From contig CAVYBU010000027.1 in assembly GCA_963766735.1 (NCBI GenBank), forward strand, positions 59,363-123,362: a stretch of DNA of 64,000 bases, read 5' to 3'. Shown piece after piece: positions 37,238-50,140 of the stretch. Position 1 is the stretch's first letter. Every line of letters begins with the position of its first letter. A program made the position numbers and the translations under genes. The DNA is from an uncultured Chloroflexia bacterium (GTDB lineage Bacteria > Chloroflexota > Limnocylindria > Limnocylindrales > CSP1-4). The notes beneath the pieces are model-generated. The model was not told the DNA's origin. It saw only the letters and a program-made list of their open reading frames with translations, and did not search any database.

Positions 37238-38253
37238 GCGGCCGGGTCTGCGGCTGGGCCCTCAGCGGGTTGCCAGTGCGGAGCCCCGTCCGGAGGCGTG
37301 AACCCCGCCACCCGCGTGATCAGGCGACGGATCCGCAGCCCCTCGACCGGTCCGAGGGCGTAGAGCGGCATCGGCCGTAGCCAGACCGCGCTCCCGAGCG
37401 AGACCGCATCGGCGCCCGCCCAGAAGTACTCGCGGCAATCGTCGAAGTCGCGGATGCCGCCGTTCGCGATGATCGGCAGGCGGAAGCCCGCGTCGCGCAG
37501 CTCTGCCACGACCCGCAGGCCGATGGGCTTGATCGCCCGCCCGGAGATCGCCCCGTACCGGTTCTTGAGGTATGGCACCCCCGTGTCGGGGTTGAGCCGC
37601 AGGCCCTTCACCGTGTTGATGGCCGTGATCGCGGCGCAGCCGTGGGCGGCCGCCAGGTTCGCCTGCCAGTGGTAGTCCTCGTCCGGGCTGACCTTGAGGA
37701 TCACCGGGTGGCGGCTCCGGGGAACCGCGCGGCGCAGCGCATCCTCCAGGATGGTCCCGAACGGGAAGTTGACGTTGTGGCAGCTCGCGTTCAGCTCCAC
37801 GGCCGCGATCTCGCCAGGCTTCGCGCGCTCGTTCACCGTCTCGATCAGCTGCTCGATCTCGTCCGCGGAGAAGCCGCCCACGGACACGATCCGGTTGAGG
37901 TGCGCCGTCCGGCCGAAGTACTCGTCGAAGTAGCGCTCGATACCGATGTTCGACCAGCCGAAGGCATTGAGCCAGCCGCCGTCCACCTTGTGGAGGGCGC
38001 GGCCGTAGAGCCGGAGCATCTCGGGGAAGTCTCGCAGGCCCCAGTCCTCGCGGAGCGTGAAGTGGCCCTCGCGCGGCTGGAGGGTGACGGTGCGGGTGGT
38101 CACGGCGCCGAACCGCTCGAGGGGCACCCACTGGGCGATGGGCGAGAGGCCATACAGGATCAGCCGGTTCTTGCCCGCGCCATAGCCCAGCAGGCTGGCG
38201 CTGGTCAGCAGCCGGTTCCGGAGGCGGATGCCGTTGAGGTCGATGGGGGGCAC
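37234..38253 (-). CDS. Dihydroorotate dehydrogenase-like FMN protein (divergent)
   Basis: ELNASCHN, LKVSPD, AINT, GAISG.AIKP, IANGGI, GADAV.LGS. Confidence 0.75.
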   Translation of the reverse strand: MPPIDLNGIRLRNRLLTSASLLGYGAGKNRLILYGLSPIAQWVPLERFGAVTTRTVTLQPREGHFTLREDWGLRDFPEMLRLYGRALHKVDGGWLNAFGWSNIGIERYFDEYFGRTAHLNRIVSVGGFSADEIEQLIETVNERAKPGEIAAVELNASCHNVNFPFGTILEDALRRAVPRSRHPVILKVSPDEDYHWQANLAAAHGCAAITAINTVKGLRLNPDTGVPYLKNRYGAISGRAIKPIGLRVVAELRDAGFRLPIIANGGIRDFDDCREYFWAGADAVSLGSAVWLRPMPLYALGPVEGLRIRRLITRVAGFTPPDGAPHWQPAEGPAADPAA

Positions 38254-38323
38254 GGGGGAAGTATGACAAGTGCCCGCCGGAACCGGCCCTGATCCGGGAA
38301 GGCCGCGGCGCAGGCTCGGTCGC

Positions 38324-39286
38324 TCAGCGTCTCGGCGCCAGTGGCCCGTGCAGGCCGATCGAGTCCGGGAGCGGGCGGTAGCCGAGCCCGAGGTTCACGG
38401 CGCGCATGGGGGCGTTGTTCTCATCGTTGCCGGTATCCAGCGCCTCGAGGCCGTGTTCCACTGCCCAGGCGATCGTCGCGCGCTTGAGCGCCCCGGCGAT
38501 CCCGCGGCCCCGGAATGCACGCCGGACCGCGGTCATGTCGTGGTACGCCGTGGTCGTGCTTCCGGCCGAGTAGGAGAGGCTGGCGTAGCCCGCGACCTTC
38601 CCGGACGAGTCGTCCAGCGCGACGAAGAAGGCGTCCTTCGGGATGCCGACGCGGTCCACGTCGCGTGCCACGAATGCCTCGAGCGAGCCCACGTCGACCG
38701 GCTCGGCCTGCGGAATGTCGGGGAAGGTCTCCACGGCGACGGCGTGCACCTCGGGGATGAGGTCCGGCCGCGCCGCGATGCTCTCGATGCGGATCCCTCC
38801 CGGAGCCCCGACCTCGGGCGGCTCGAGGCCCTCGAGGTCAAGCCGGACCATCTTGGCCCGATCGATCTCGATGAAGCCGCGGTTGGCCAGGAACCTGTGC
38901 CCGGCCGTCTGCGCCTCCGAGAGCCCGGTCTCGAACCCCGTCTTGCCGGCCGCCCGGGCCGCATCGCTGATCGCGGCGTACAGCGCGGAGCCGGTACCGC
39001 GATTGCGTGCCTCCGGTACCACCCAGATCCCCAGCCAGAAACGCTCGCAGCCGCGCTCGCGCGTCCAGATCCTGCCGGTGGAAGCCGTTCCGACCGGCGT
39101 TCCATCCGTCTCCTCGGCCAGGAAATGGCTGATCTCACCGGGGTACGTCGTGACCTCCCAGCGGACGTGCTCCACGGAATCGGTGTTCTCGGGCGCGACG
39201 GCATTCCGGATGCGGACGTAGGCCTCGATCGCGGCCGCGTCCCCGTGATCCACACCGCGCACCGTCGCCCCGCGGAGCCCAGACAT
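38324..39286 (-). CDS. Tandem GNAT acetyltransferase
   Basis: Two motif A copies (RNRGTG, RGRGIA); NAPMRAVNLGLGY. Confidence 0.88.
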   Translation of the reverse strand: MSGLRGATVRGVDHGDAAAIEAYVRIRNAVAPENTDSVEHVRWEVTTYPGEISHFLAEETDGTPVGTASTGRIWTRERGCERFWLGIWVVPEARNRGTGSALYAAISDAARAAGKTGFETGLSEAQTAGHRFLANRGFIEIDRAKMVRLDLEGLEPPEVGAPGGIRIESIAARPDLIPEVHAVAVETFPDIPQAEPVDVGSLEAFVARDVDRVGIPKDAFFVALDDSSGKVAGYASLSYSAGSTTTAYHDMTAVRRAFRGRGIAGALKRATIAWAVEHGLEALDTGNDENNAPMRAVNLGLGYRPLPDSIGLHGPLAPRR

Positions 39287-39289
39287 GGC

Positions 39290-40174
39290 CTACCCGAGCT
39301 CGGAACGCAGCGGGATCAGCACATCCCGGTGCGCGTCCTCGAGGCCGCGCGGCCCCAGTCCGGCCGGCACACCGATGATCATCTCCGTCGCGCCGGCCGC
39401 CACCAGGCCACGCGCCTGGACCAGTGCCCGCACGCGTGACTCGGTGTCCGGGCCCGTGTGCACCTGGCCCACGATCTCGAACGTCGCCGGGTCCCGGCCC
39501 TCCAGCTCCAACGCGCGCAGGATCGCCTCCCGCCGCTCCGCGAAGTACGCGACGTCCCCCGCGTCCACGCCGGGCAGGAGCCAGCCGGCCGCGTACTGCG
39601 CGGCCAGGGCGATGCCGCGCGGCTTCTGCCCGCCCAGGAAGAGCGGCGGCCCGCCGGGTGTCAACGGCGGGGGAGCGTTCACCGCTCCCGCCAACGGGTA
39701 GAACGGGTCCTCACGGGTGACGCCGGGCGCCGCCGCCGCCTCTGGCGAGAACAGCAGCCGCAGCACCTCCACGGCGGAGATCAGGCGGTCGATGCGCTCG
39801 CCGATCGGCGGCAGCGGGATGCCGAACGGCTTGTGCTCACCCTCGTACCAGCCGGCGCCGAGACCCAGCACGAACCTCCCCCCGGTGGCATGGTCCAGGA
39901 CCGTCGCCGCCTTCGCGAGCAAGACCGGGTGGCGGAACGTGTTTGACAGCACGCCGTGCCCAACGCGAACCCCCGGCACGTGGTGGACCAGCGTGGCGAG
40001 GAGCGTCAGGGCCTCAAGGGACGCGCCCGGGCTCGCGTCATCCAGGTCGGTGAGGTGGTCGTTCAGCCAGGCGCCGTCGAACCCGCCCAGCTGCCCGGCC
40101 AGGGCCCAGGTGGCGTCGAGCGTCGCCCAGTCGACCTGCTGGGGAGATGTCTTGAACGAGATCCGCAGCGTCAT
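39290..40174 (-). CDS. LLM-class flavin/F420-dependent oxidoreductase
   Basis: WLNDHL, FRHPVLLAK, GRFVLGLGAGW. Confidence 0.9.
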   Translation of the reverse strand: MTLRISFKTSPQQVDWATLDATWALAGQLGGFDGAWLNDHLTDLDDASPGASLEALTLLATLVHHVPGVRVGHGVLSNTFRHPVLLAKAATVLDHATGGRFVLGLGAGWYEGEHKPFGIPLPPIGERIDRLISAVEVLRLLFSPEAAAAPGVTREDPFYPLAGAVNAPPPLTPGGPPLFLGGQKPRGIALAAQYAAGWLLPGVDAGDVAYFAERREAILRALELEGRDPATFEIVGQVHTGPDTESRVRALVQARGLVAAGATEMIIGVPAGLGPRGLEDAHRDVLIPLRSELG

Positions 40175-40199
40175 CGGCGCGTCCTCCTGGATCGCGGGC

Positions 40200-41948
40200 T
40201 CAGCCCTCGGTCCGCGAGGCCAGGACGCGGCGCAGGTGCGCGCCGCTCGTGATCGCGCCTTCCGACGCAGAGGAGACGAGCGCTGCGTACTTGGCCATCA
40301 CCCCGCTGGTGTACCGGGGCTCGGGCGCCGACCAGCGGGCGCGCCGCTCAGCAAGGACCGAGGCGTCCACCTCGAGGTTGAGCTCGTGGGCATCGACGTC
40401 GACCACGATCGAGTCGCCCTCCTCGACCAGCGCGATCGGGCCGCCGACTGCGGCCTCGGGAGCCACGTGGCCGAGCATCAGGCCGTGGGTGCCCCCCGAG
40501 AAGCGGCCGTCCGTCAGCAGCGCGACCGATTCGCCGAGGCCCTCGCCGACCAGGGCCCCGGTGACGGAGAGCATCTCCTGCATGCCCGGACCTCCGATCG
40601 GGCCCTCGTACCGGATCACCACCACGTCACCCGCATTGATCCTGCGATCCCGGACGGCGGCGAAGCACGCGACCTCGGAGTCGAAGACGCGGGCCGGGCC
40701 GCGGTGGAACCGGCGCTCGTGGCCGGCCAGCTTCACGATGCACCCCTCCGGGGCGAGGCTGCCCTTGAGGATCGCCTGGCCGCCCGTCGCCTTGATGGGC
40801 GTCTCGATCGGGTGCACGACCTGCTGGCCCGGCGTCTCGACGACATCGGCGGCGATCTTCTTGATCGTCCGCCCGTCGACGGTCCGCTCCCCGCCGTGCA
40901 GCAGGTCCCGCTTGAGGAGCTCCCGCATGACGAGTGCCACGCCCCCGGCGTCGTACATGTCCGCCGCCGCGTACCGTCCGCCGGGCCGCATATCGGCAAT
41001 GAGCGGGGTGCGGTCCACGATCGCGGAGAAATCGTCGAGGGTCAACGGGATCCCGAACTCGGCCGCGATGGCCGGCATGTGGAGGGCCGCGTTGGTGCTG
41101 CCGCCCGTGGCCGACACGGACGCGATCGCGTTCTCCAGCGCGTTCCGGGTGACGATGGACGACGGCCTGATGTCGTGGTGGACCAGGGTCATCACCAGCT
41201 CCCCGGCCTGCCGCGCAGCCTCGTCCTTCTTCGGGTCCTCGGCGGGGATGCCGTTGAGACCGGCGGGGGACAGGCCCATGAACTCCAGGACGGTGGACAT
41301 CGTGTTGGCCGTGAACTGGCCGCCGCACGCCCCAGCGCCCGGGCAGGCGCCGTTCTCGGCCTCGTACAGCTCATCGAGCGTGATCTTGCCGGCGCGGTAG
41401 GCGCCGATCGCCTCGAACACCGTGACCACGTCGGCGGGCTTGCCCTTGTACGTGCCCGGCATGATCGTGCCGTTGTAGAGCACGAGACCCGGGATGTCGA
41501 GGCGGCCCAGGGCCATGGCGCCTGCCGGGATCGTCTTGTCGCAGCCCACGAGGCAGACCAGGCCGTCGAACAGGTGGCCGCGCGCCACCAGCTCGATTGA
41601 ATCCGCGATGACCTCGCGGCTGATGAGGGACGCCTTCATCCCCTCGGTGCCCATCGAGACGCCGTCGCTGACCGAGATCGTGCCGAACTCCATCGGCGTG
41701 CCCCCGGCCGCCCGGATCCCTTCCTTGACGAACTCCGCCAGCCGCCGCTGGTTGAGGTTGCAGGGCATCGTCTCGATCCAGGTCGTCGCGACGCCGATGA
41801 TCGGCTGGGCGAGGTCCTCGTCCGTGAACCCGACGGCCTTGAGCATCGACCGTGCCGCGGCACGGTCGGGACCGTCGGTCAGCGCGTGGCTGTGGCGCTT
41901 GCCGGGATCGGTCGGGCGGTCGTACGGGAGCGGTCGGTCGGCGGCCAT
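40200..41948 (-). CDS. ilvD: Dihydroxy-acid dehydratase
   Basis: [30 protein letters not shown]. Confidence 0.96.
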   Translation of the reverse strand: MAADRPLPYDRPTDPGKRHSHALTDGPDRAAARSMLKAVGFTDEDLAQPIIGVATTWIETMPCNLNQRRLAEFVKEGIRAAGGTPMEFGTISVSDGVSMGTEGMKASLISREVIADSIELVARGHLFDGLVCLVGCDKTIPAGAMALGRLDIPGLVLYNGTIMPGTYKGKPADVVTVFEAIGAYRAGKITLDELYEAENGACPGAGACGGQFTANTMSTVLEFMGLSPAGLNGIPAEDPKKDEAARQAGELVMTLVHHDIRPSSIVTRNALENAIASVSATGGSTNAALHMPAIAAEFGIPLTLDDFSAIVDRTPLIADMRPGGRYAAADMYDAGGVALVMRELLKRDLLHGGERTVDGRTIKKIAADVVETPGQQVVHPIETPIKATGGQAILKGSLAPEGCIVKLAGHERRFHRGPARVFDSEVACFAAVRDRRINAGDVVVIRYEGPIGGPGMQEMLSVTGALVGEGLGESVALLTDGRFSGGTHGLMLGHVAPEAAVGGPIALVEEGDSIVVDVDAHELNLEVDASVLAERRARWSAPEPRYTSGVMAKYAALVSSASEGAITSGAHLRRVLASRTEG

Positions 41949-42025
41949 GGGGTCCTCGCGGGGTCGTGACGGGCTGAGGTCGTGTGTCGCCAGTATGGCC
42001 CGGACGCGGCGTCCGGTGCCTTGGC

Positions 42026-43744
42026 TCAGGTGGCCGGCAGGAGGCTCGACGTCCACGCCTCGACCACGCCCCGCAGGGTGGGCAGGGCCAGCGCGCCGCC
42101 GCCGAGCACCGCGTCATGGAAGCCGCGAATGTCGAACGCGGCCCCGAGTCGCTCGCGGGCCTCGGCGCGAAGTCGCAGGATCTCCAGCTGGCCAGTCTTG
42201 TAGCCGAGGGCCTGGCCGGGCAGGACGATGTAGCGATCGACCTCGTTGGCGATGTTGTTGGGCGCCAGGGCCGTGTGCGCGAGCATGAACCGGACGGCCT
42301 GCTCTCGCGGCCAGCCCATCGCGTGCATTCCGGTGTCCACGACAAGTCGCGCCGCACGCCACGCGTCGAAGGAGAGGACCCCGATCCGGTCGAGGTCGCC
42401 GCTGTAGAGGCCCATCTCGTCGGCCAGGCGCTCCGTGTACAGGCCCCAGCCCTCGAAGTACGCGGTCGGCCCGAGGTGGCGGCGGAACTCCGGCAGGTGC
42501 GGCAGCTCCTGGCCGATCGCGGTCTGCAGGTGGTGACCCGGGGTCGACTCGTGGTACGCGAGGGCCTCCGCCTCGTAGCGCGGCCTGGTCCCGGGCTCGG
42601 AGGTGTTGATGAAGTACTGGCCCGGCCGCGAGCCATCGGCCGCCGGCTGGCGGTAGTAGCCGATGGTCGAGTGCGCCTCCTCGTGCGGCCCCATCCGCAC
42701 GACCTCGCACCGCGCCTGCGGGAGCTGCCCGAACCAGGCGGGGATCGCCTCCGTTGCCCGGGCCAGGCTGCCGACGGCCTTTGCGTGGACCTCGTCGCGG
42801 GTGCCGAAGTAGAGGGCCGGGTCCGTGCGCAGCCGGGCGAGCGCATCCTCGAGGGTTGGGGCGCCGATCGTCCGTGCGGCCAGCTCCGCGAGCTCCGTGT
42901 CGATCCGGGCGATCTCGTCCAGGCCCACCTGGTGCAGCGCTTCGGGATCGACGTCCAGCGACGTGTGCATGCGGACCAGCCGACGATACCCGTCCGATCC
43001 ACCCGGCACGTGGCACATCCCCGGCCGCTCCGCGGGGCGGGATGCCGGCAGGATCTCGGTCTCGAGCGCGTCGTGGAGGCGGGCGAAGGCCGGCCGGATC
43101 TCGTCGTTGACGGTGGCCGCGAGGTCCGAGGCAAACCGCTCGCGGTCCGCCGTCGTCCAGCCATCCAGCTCCCCGACCGAGGCAAGCGGGGCCAGCAGCG
43201 GCCAGTCCCCGGTTCCCGCGCCCAGCAGCTCCGCGAGGCTGGCCACGACCCGGTCCGCCGGCACCCGGCACGCAACGCGACCTTCGCCCAGGCTGCGCCG
43301 CAGGGATGCGATGTGCCGGTCCGTGTAGACGGCCATCTCGCGCCAGCGGGCCACCATCCGCCGGCCGTCCTCGACGGTCCCGAGGCGCTGGAAGTCGGGC
43401 ACCAGCTGGAACGCCGCCGGCACGCCGTCGGTCGGGTCCACGTTCCAGTCCCGGAGTCCTGTCTCCAGTTCGGCGATGTCCGCGGCCAGGGACTCGCCCA
43501 GCGCCGAGAGGGTGACACGGTCGTCACCATCGAACGATCCCGGGTCGAGCGCCTCCACCCGATGACGCAGCGTGGCGTACCGCGCGAGCGTCGCCGCGGT
43601 GCCCTCCGGGGTCGGGTCCGGCAGCCGGTCGTCGTAGCGCGGATCGCCCACCGTCGTCGCGAACAGCGGGTTGGTCTCGAGGAAGATCTCCCAGTAGGCG
43701 GCGGCAACCGAGCCAACAGGAGTCCGTCCGCTGTCGTCGCTCAC
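42026..43744 (-). CDS. DUF885 family protein
   Basis: [42 protein letters not shown]. Confidence 0.9.
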   Translation of the reverse strand: MSDDSGRTPVGSVAAAYWEIFLETNPLFATTVGDPRYDDRLPDPTPEGTAATLARYATLRHRVEALDPGSFDGDDRVTLSALGESLAADIAELETGLRDWNVDPTDGVPAAFQLVPDFQRLGTVEDGRRMVARWREMAVYTDRHIASLRRSLGEGRVACRVPADRVVASLAELLGAGTGDWPLLAPLASVGELDGWTTADRERFASDLAATVNDEIRPAFARLHDALETEILPASRPAERPGMCHVPGGSDGYRRLVRMHTSLDVDPEALHQVGLDEIARIDTELAELAARTIGAPTLEDALARLRTDPALYFGTRDEVHAKAVGSLARATEAIPAWFGQLPQARCEVVRMGPHEEAHSTIGYYRQPAADGSRPGQYFINTSEPGTRPRYEAEALAYHESTPGHHLQTAIGQELPHLPEFRRHLGPTAYFEGWGLYTERLADEMGLYSGDLDRIGVLSFDAWRAARLVVDTGMHAMGWPREQAVRFMLAHTALAPNNIANEVDRYIVLPGQALGYKTGQLEILRLRAEARERLGAAFDIRGFHDAVLGGGALALPTLRGVVEAWTSSLLPAT

Positions 43745-44916
43745 CGGACGCACTTCCCGACGCTGGCAGAGCCCGTCCGGCCGAGGCCCGGCGCGATGCG
43801 GGCCGCAACCGTGGTCGGTGTCAGCGCGTAGCCCACGGCGGGATCGGTCCGCGACTCGGCGAACATGAGGCCTCCGACCGTCCCGTCCTGGAGCACCAGC
43901 GGCCCGCCGGAGTCGCCCGGATCCACCGCGGCACGCAGCTCGAGGATCTGGCGGGTGACGCGCGCGTCGTCGTAGATGTCGCGCCCCGTTGCCGGGTAGG
44001 AGCCCGAGACAGCCGCCGGGAGCACCACCAGTGGTCCGCCGCCGGCATAGCCGAGGGCGACGCCCATCGCCCCACGTTCCGGGTCCCTGGCCGCGAACCG
44101 GAGCGGCGTGCCCTCGAGGCCCGGCGCGTAGAGCAGCGCGACGTCCAGGTCCGGGTCGAAGAGGACGGGCGTGGCGTCCGCGACATCGGAGCCGATGATG
44201 ACGCGGATGGTCGTGCCGCCGGCCACCACGTGGGCGTTCGTGACCACGTAGCCCTTGGCGACCATCACCCCGGAGCCGTTGATCTGGATCCCGCAGGCCT
44301 TGGTGGCGATTCGTACGGTGCCCGCCTGGGCGGCGCGGGCGATGCGCTCTGCCTCGGGGTGGGGCGGCGTCTCCACCGCCATCAGCGGGATCGGCTCGAG
44401 GCCGATGAACACGTCCGGCAGGCCGGAGCTGTCGAGCGCGCCGGCGATCTCGCCCACGACCTCGGTCGGCGCGGGCAGGTAGGTGTCCAGGAGGCGGACC
44501 GAGAACGATCCGGTGGCGGCGCGCGCCGGCGCGGGAAACGGCCCGACCGCGAGGAGCCCGCCGATCAGCCAGATGATCAGGAGGGCCTGGGCGGCGCCCA
44601 GGAGACCGCCGAAGAACCGGTCCATGCTCGTCAGGGTGCCATGCGAGACCCGATCCGCGAGCATCCGCCCCGCCCCGGAGCCGATGGCCTCGCCCGCGAT
44701 CACCGCACCGAGCGTGAGCCCCAGGACCACCATGGCGCGTGGGATGGGCTCCAGGGACCCGGTGGCGTCCAGGAGCCATGGGGCGAGGTTCAGGATGATG
44801 ACGATGCCGAGGATCGCGCCGGAGATGCCACCGACCTGGGGCAGGGCTCCGGTGCGGACGCCGGCGATGACGGCGAGCACCACGAGGCCGAGGGCGGCGA
44901 GGTCGAACAGGTTCAC
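43741..44916 (-). CDS. MarP-like serine protease (CvpA-like TM domain + trypsin domain)
   Basis: N-terminal TM bundle; TNAHVVAG, DVALL, GDSGGP. Confidence 0.9.
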   Translation of the reverse strand: MNLFDLAALGLVVLAVIAGVRTGALPQVGGISGAILGIVIILNLAPWLLDATGSLEPIPRAMVVLGLTLGAVIAGEAIGSGAGRMLADRVSHGTLTSMDRFFGGLLGAAQALLIIWLIGGLLAVGPFPAPARAATGSFSVRLLDTYLPAPTEVVGEIAGALDSSGLPDVFIGLEPIPLMAVETPPHPEAERIARAAQAGTVRIATKACGIQINGSGVMVAKGYVVTNAHVVAGGTTIRVIIGSDVADATPVLFDPDLDVALLYAPGLEGTPLRFAARDPERGAMGVALGYAGGGPLVVLPAAVSGSYPATGRDIYDDARVTRQILELRAAVDPGDSGGPLVLQDGTVGGLMFAESRTDPAVGYALTPTTVAARIAPGLGRTGSASVGKCVR

Positions 44917-45029
44917 CGGGCGAGTATCGGCGAGGAACGCGATGGGCGCCGGGGCGGGGCTGCTGCGGGGCGATCGCGTCCGACGTTCCCCTGCGTCAGC
45001 CCGCGCTCACCGTCAGGCTGCGCTCACCG

Positions 45030-45662
45030 TCAGCCCGCGGACGGCGTCCCGATCCGGGTGTCCACGCGCGGGGGGTGGGCATCCTCCCAGGCCGAGATCT
45101 CCGCGTCCTTCGCCAGGACGTAGCCGATCTCGTCGGTGCCTGCGATGAGCATCATCTTGGAGAACGGGTCCACGTCGAAGTCCAGCGTGGTGCCGTCCGG
45201 GAGCAGGATCCCCTGCTCGGCGAGGTCCACGCGGAGCTCGGCCTCCTCGTCCGCCGCGATCATCTCGAACAGGCGCGCGTGCGTCTCCGGGTCCACGACG
45301 ATCGGCAGCACGCCGTTCTTGAGCGCGTTGCTCCGGAAGATGTCCGCGAACGACGTGGACAGGATCGCCCGGATCCCCCACGAGCGGAGCGCCCAGGGCG
45401 CGTGCTCGCGCGAGCTTCCCGTGCCGAAGTTGTCTCCGGCCAGGAGGATCCGGCGACCCTCCATGCCGGGCCGGTCCAGGATGAACGGCGGGTCCTTCTT
45501 CGTCCCGTCCTCGTTGAACCGCCAGTCGCGGAACAGCGCGTCCGCGAGGCCCTCCTTGTCGGTGACCTTGAGGTAGCGAGCGGGGACGATCTGGTCCGTG
45601 TCGACGTTCTCGGCCGCCATCGGCACGACCCGCGAGCTGAAGGAGCGGAAGCCCTCGGCCAT
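45030..45662 (-). CDS. leuD: 3-isopropylmalate dehydratase small subunit
   Basis: NVDTDQIVP, NFGTGSSREHA. Confidence 0.96.
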   Translation of the reverse strand: MAEGFRSFSSRVVPMAAENVDTDQIVPARYLKVTDKEGLADALFRDWRFNEDGTKKDPPFILDRPGMEGRRILLAGDNFGTGSSREHAPWALRSWGIRAILSTSFADIFRSNALKNGVLPIVVDPETHARLFEMIAADEEAELRVDLAEQGILLPDGTTLDFDVDPFSKMMLIAGTDEIGYVLAKDAEISAWEDAHPPRVDTRIGTPSAG

Positions 45663-45664
45663 GT

Positions 45665-47107
<1,443 letters not shown>

Positions 47108-47210
47108 CGGGTTTGGACTGCTCTGCTGCGGCTGCGGGGAGAAGAAGGTTACCAGCGGCCGCGCCCGGGGCGACGCGCCGCCCCCTCCAGGACAGGGGTT
47201 GTGGTTCGCT

Positions 47211-47275
47211 GGTTGCGCCCATGCCGGGCTGCGGTTGCGCCCATGCGGGGCCTGCGGTTGCGCCCATGCGGGGCC
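47211..47275. repeat. 22/23-bp tandem repeat x3 in the divergent leuC/ilvB promoter region
   Basis: GGTTGCGCCCATGC core at 47211, 47233 and 47256. Confidence 0.88.
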
Positions 47276-47329
47276 GGCGGGTATCCTTCGCGGACCCGTC
47301 GCCTGACGGGCTAGCAGGAGTCGGGTCGC

Positions 47330-47548
47330 TTGGACTTCTTCCAGGGCCGCAACCGCAGCACCGTCGCCGTCGTCGTGACGGCCGATGGACGCCGAGTCAA
47401 CGTGCCCCTGCGCGACCTGAACACCAGCCGGGTATCCCTTCTCGATCTTCTTCGCTCGCTCCAGCTCGGGCTTGAGAGCCTTCTTGGCCTCCTCATTACC
47501 GGCTCCCGGCGGGAGAACGGAGGAACGCGGAGGGACGGCAGCCGCTGA
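47330..47548 (+). CDS. Putative attenuator leader peptide of the ilvB operon (Leu/Val-rich)
   Basis: TTG start after AGGAG; VAVVV and [21 protein letters not shown] with many CTT codons; followed by a terminator. Confidence 0.65.
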   Translation: MDFFQGRNRSTVAVVVTADGRRVNVPLRDLNTSRVSLLDLLRSLQLGLESLLGLLITGSRRENGGTRRDGSR

Positions 47549-47573
47549 GGCGCCGACCACCGACAACCGAAGG

Positions 47574-47600
47574 GACCCTCGCCGGGTGGCGAGGGTCTTT
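47574..47600 (+). terminator. Intrinsic terminator (attenuator) upstream of ilvB
   Basis: GACCCTCGCC-GGGT-GGCGAGGGTC followed by TTTGTAT. Confidence 0.8.
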
Positions 47601-47648
47601 GTATGTCCGGAGGTCGCGGGGCTCGCCGGACGGAGAGGGACAGAACGG

Positions 47649-49517
47649 ATGACGATGACGAAGGGAGAGCCGCCGGCCGATCAGGCCGGCGGGTCGCCGG
47701 GACGTCGGAGCCACGTGCCGGGTGACGGCACGGCGGCGGCAGCCGCGATCGAGCAGGCCCGCCGCGAGATGCTCCACGACGTCCGGACCCGGAAGCGGAC
47801 CCGCATCGGCGCCGACGCGCTCATGGAGGCGCTCATCCGCCAGGGAGCGGACACGCTGTTCTCCTACCCGGGCGGCGTCATCCTCCCGATCTACGACATC
47901 CTCGGGGACTACCCCGAGATCCGCCACATCCTCGTCCGGCACGAGCAGGGCGGCGCCCACGCGGCCGACGGCTACGCCCGGGCCAGCGGCAGGGTCGGTG
48001 TCTGCATGGGGACCAGCGGCCCCGGTGCCACCAACCTCGTCACCGGCATCGCCACGGCGCAGCTGGACTCCGTGCCGATGGTTGCGATCACCGGCAACGT
48101 GCCCGGATCACTGATCGGCAAGGACGCGTTCCAGGAGATCGACATCACCGGCATCACGCTGCCGATGACGAAGCACAACTACCTGGTCCGCAACGCCGAC
48201 GACATCCCTCGTGTCATCGCCGAGGCCTTCTACATCGCGAAGCACGGGCGTCCCGGGCCCGTGCACGTGGACCTCACGAAGGACGCCCTGCAGCAGGAGA
48301 CACGTGCCGAGCACCCCTCGCTCGCGGACGTGATCGCCGGCCTGCCGGGCTTCCGGCCCAACACCGAGGGCCACCCCAGGCAGCTGAAGCTGGCGGCCCG
48401 GGAGATCGCACAGGCGAAGCGCCCGCTGATCCTGGCAGGACACGGCGTGCTGATCGCCGAGGCCTGGGACGAGCTCAGGGCCTTCGCGGAGAAGGCGCAG
48501 ATCCCGGTGGCCTGGACGCTCCTGGGCATCGGCGCCATGGACGAGGACCATCCCCTCGCCTACGGCTACATGGGGATGCACGGCTGGAAGCACGTGAACC
48601 GCGCGATCCAGTCGGCCGACCTCCTGATCGCCATCGGGATGCGGTTCGACGACCGGGTCACCGGCAGCGTCAAGACCTACGCCCCGTACGCGCGGATCAT
48701 CCACGCGGACATCGACCCGGCCGAGATCGGCAAGAACGTGGCCGTCGAGGTCCCGATCGTGGGCGACGCGAAGAACGTCATCGTCGGCCTCACGAGGCTG
48801 GTTCCCCAGGTGGAACCGGAGGCACGCGCCGAGTACCACGCCCAGCTGGCCGAGTGGCGCCGCGAGTCCGAGGAGTCGTCCTGGCACGGGTCGGGCGCCT
48901 GGAAGGAGGGGGTCCTGTCCGCGGACTTCGTGGTGAGCCGGATCGGTGAGCTTACCGACCACGTCGCCACCTACGTCGCGGACGTGGGCCAGAACCAGAT
49001 GTGGCTCGCCCGCTATACCAGGTTCCGCCGGCCACACAGCCACATCAGCTCGGGCGGCCTCGGCACGATGGGCTTCGCGGTCCCGGCCGCGATGGGCGCC
49101 GCCCTTGGCAATCCGACCGCGGAGACGTGGGCGATCTGCGGTGACGGCGGCTTCCAGATGACCAGCCAGGAGCTGATGACCCTCGCGGCGGATCGCATCC
49201 CCGTGAAGATCGCGCTCCTCGACAACAAGAAGCTGGGCATGATCCGGCAGTGGCAGGAGATCTTCTACGCGGAGAACTACCATTCCTCGCACCTGCCGGG
49301 CCCGGATTTCGCGAAGCTGGCCGACGCGTATGGCATCCCGGCCTTCAAGGCGACCACGACCGGCGAGGTGGATGGCGCCATCGAGGCGGCCCGGGCCGTC
49401 GACGGGCCCGCGCTCATCTGGTTCGAGATCGAGCAGGAGCAGAACGTCTTCCCGATCATGCCGGCGGGCAAGGGCCTGTCCGACCTGATCGAGACCTGGG
49501 GAGGGCCCGAGGAATGA
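47649..49517 (+). CDS. ilvB: Acetolactate synthase large subunit
   Basis: [34 protein letters not shown]. Confidence 0.96.
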   Translation: MTMTKGEPPADQAGGSPGRRSHVPGDGTAAAAAIEQARREMLHDVRTRKRTRIGADALMEALIRQGADTLFSYPGGVILPIYDILGDYPEIRHILVRHEQGGAHAADGYARASGRVGVCMGTSGPGATNLVTGIATAQLDSVPMVAITGNVPGSLIGKDAFQEIDITGITLPMTKHNYLVRNADDIPRVIAEAFYIAKHGRPGPVHVDLTKDALQQETRAEHPSLADVIAGLPGFRPNTEGHPRQLKLAAREIAQAKRPLILAGHGVLIAEAWDELRAFAEKAQIPVAWTLLGIGAMDEDHPLAYGYMGMHGWKHVNRAIQSADLLIAIGMRFDDRVTGSVKTYAPYARIIHADIDPAEIGKNVAVEVPIVGDAKNVIVGLTRLVPQVEPEARAEYHAQLAEWRRESEESSWHGSGAWKEGVLSADFVVSRIGELTDHVATYVADVGQNQMWLARYTRFRRPHSHISSGGLGTMGFAVPAAMGAALGNPTAETWAICGDGGFQMTSQELMTLAADRIPVKIALLDNKKLGMIRQWQEIFYAENYHSSHLPGPDFAKLADAYGIPAFKATTTGEVDGAIEAARAVDGPALIWFEIEQEQNVFPIMPAGKGLSDLIETWGGPEE

Positions 49518-50140
49518 GTCCCGACCAGGAGACACCCGCCAAGCCGGCCACCCCGCCCGAAGCGGCGCTCGACCCGGCGCCGGCGCCCGCCCACACCGCC
49601 CCGCCGCCACGCTCCCTCCCCGGCACCGGCGCGGGACACCGCCACATCCTCGTCGTCCTCGTCATGGACCGGCCCGGCGTCCTGAACCGGGTCGCCAGCC
49701 TCATGCGGGCGCGCAACTTCAACATCGACTCCCTGGCCGTCTCCCGGACGGACAAGCCGCACATCAGCCGGATGACCGTCACCCTCCACGGTGACGACGT
49801 CGCGGTGGAGCAGGCGACCAAGCAGCTCTACCGGCTGATCGACGTGCTCAAGGTGCAGGACGTCACGGCCGACCAGGTGGTCGAGCACGAGCTCGCGCTG
49901 CTCAAGGTCCGCGCGACCGATACCAACCGGGCGGAGGTCATCAAGATCGTCGAGCTCTACAAGGGCCGGATCGTGGACATTGCCCCGGATGCCGTCATCG
50001 TCGAAGCGAGCGGCACTGAAGCCGAGATCAACAGTCTCGTCGCGCTGGTGCGCGGCTACGGGATCAAGGAACTAGTACGGACCGGCGCGGTGGTGATGCT
50101 GCGTGGCGCCGGGTCCATCGAGGAGGCTCTCAAGCTATGA
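49514..50140 (+). CDS. ilvN: Acetolactate synthase small regulatory subunit
   Basis: [37 protein letters not shown]. Confidence 0.95.
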   Translation: MSPDQETPAKPATPPEAALDPAPAPAHTAPPPRSLPGTGAGHRHILVVLVMDRPGVLNRVASLMRARNFNIDSLAVSRTDKPHISRMTVTLHGDDVAVEQATKQLYRLIDVLKVQDVTADQVVEHELALLKVRATDTNRAEVIKIVELYKGRIVDIAPDAVIVEASGTEAEINSLVALVRGYGIKELVRTGAVVMLRGAGSIEEALKL

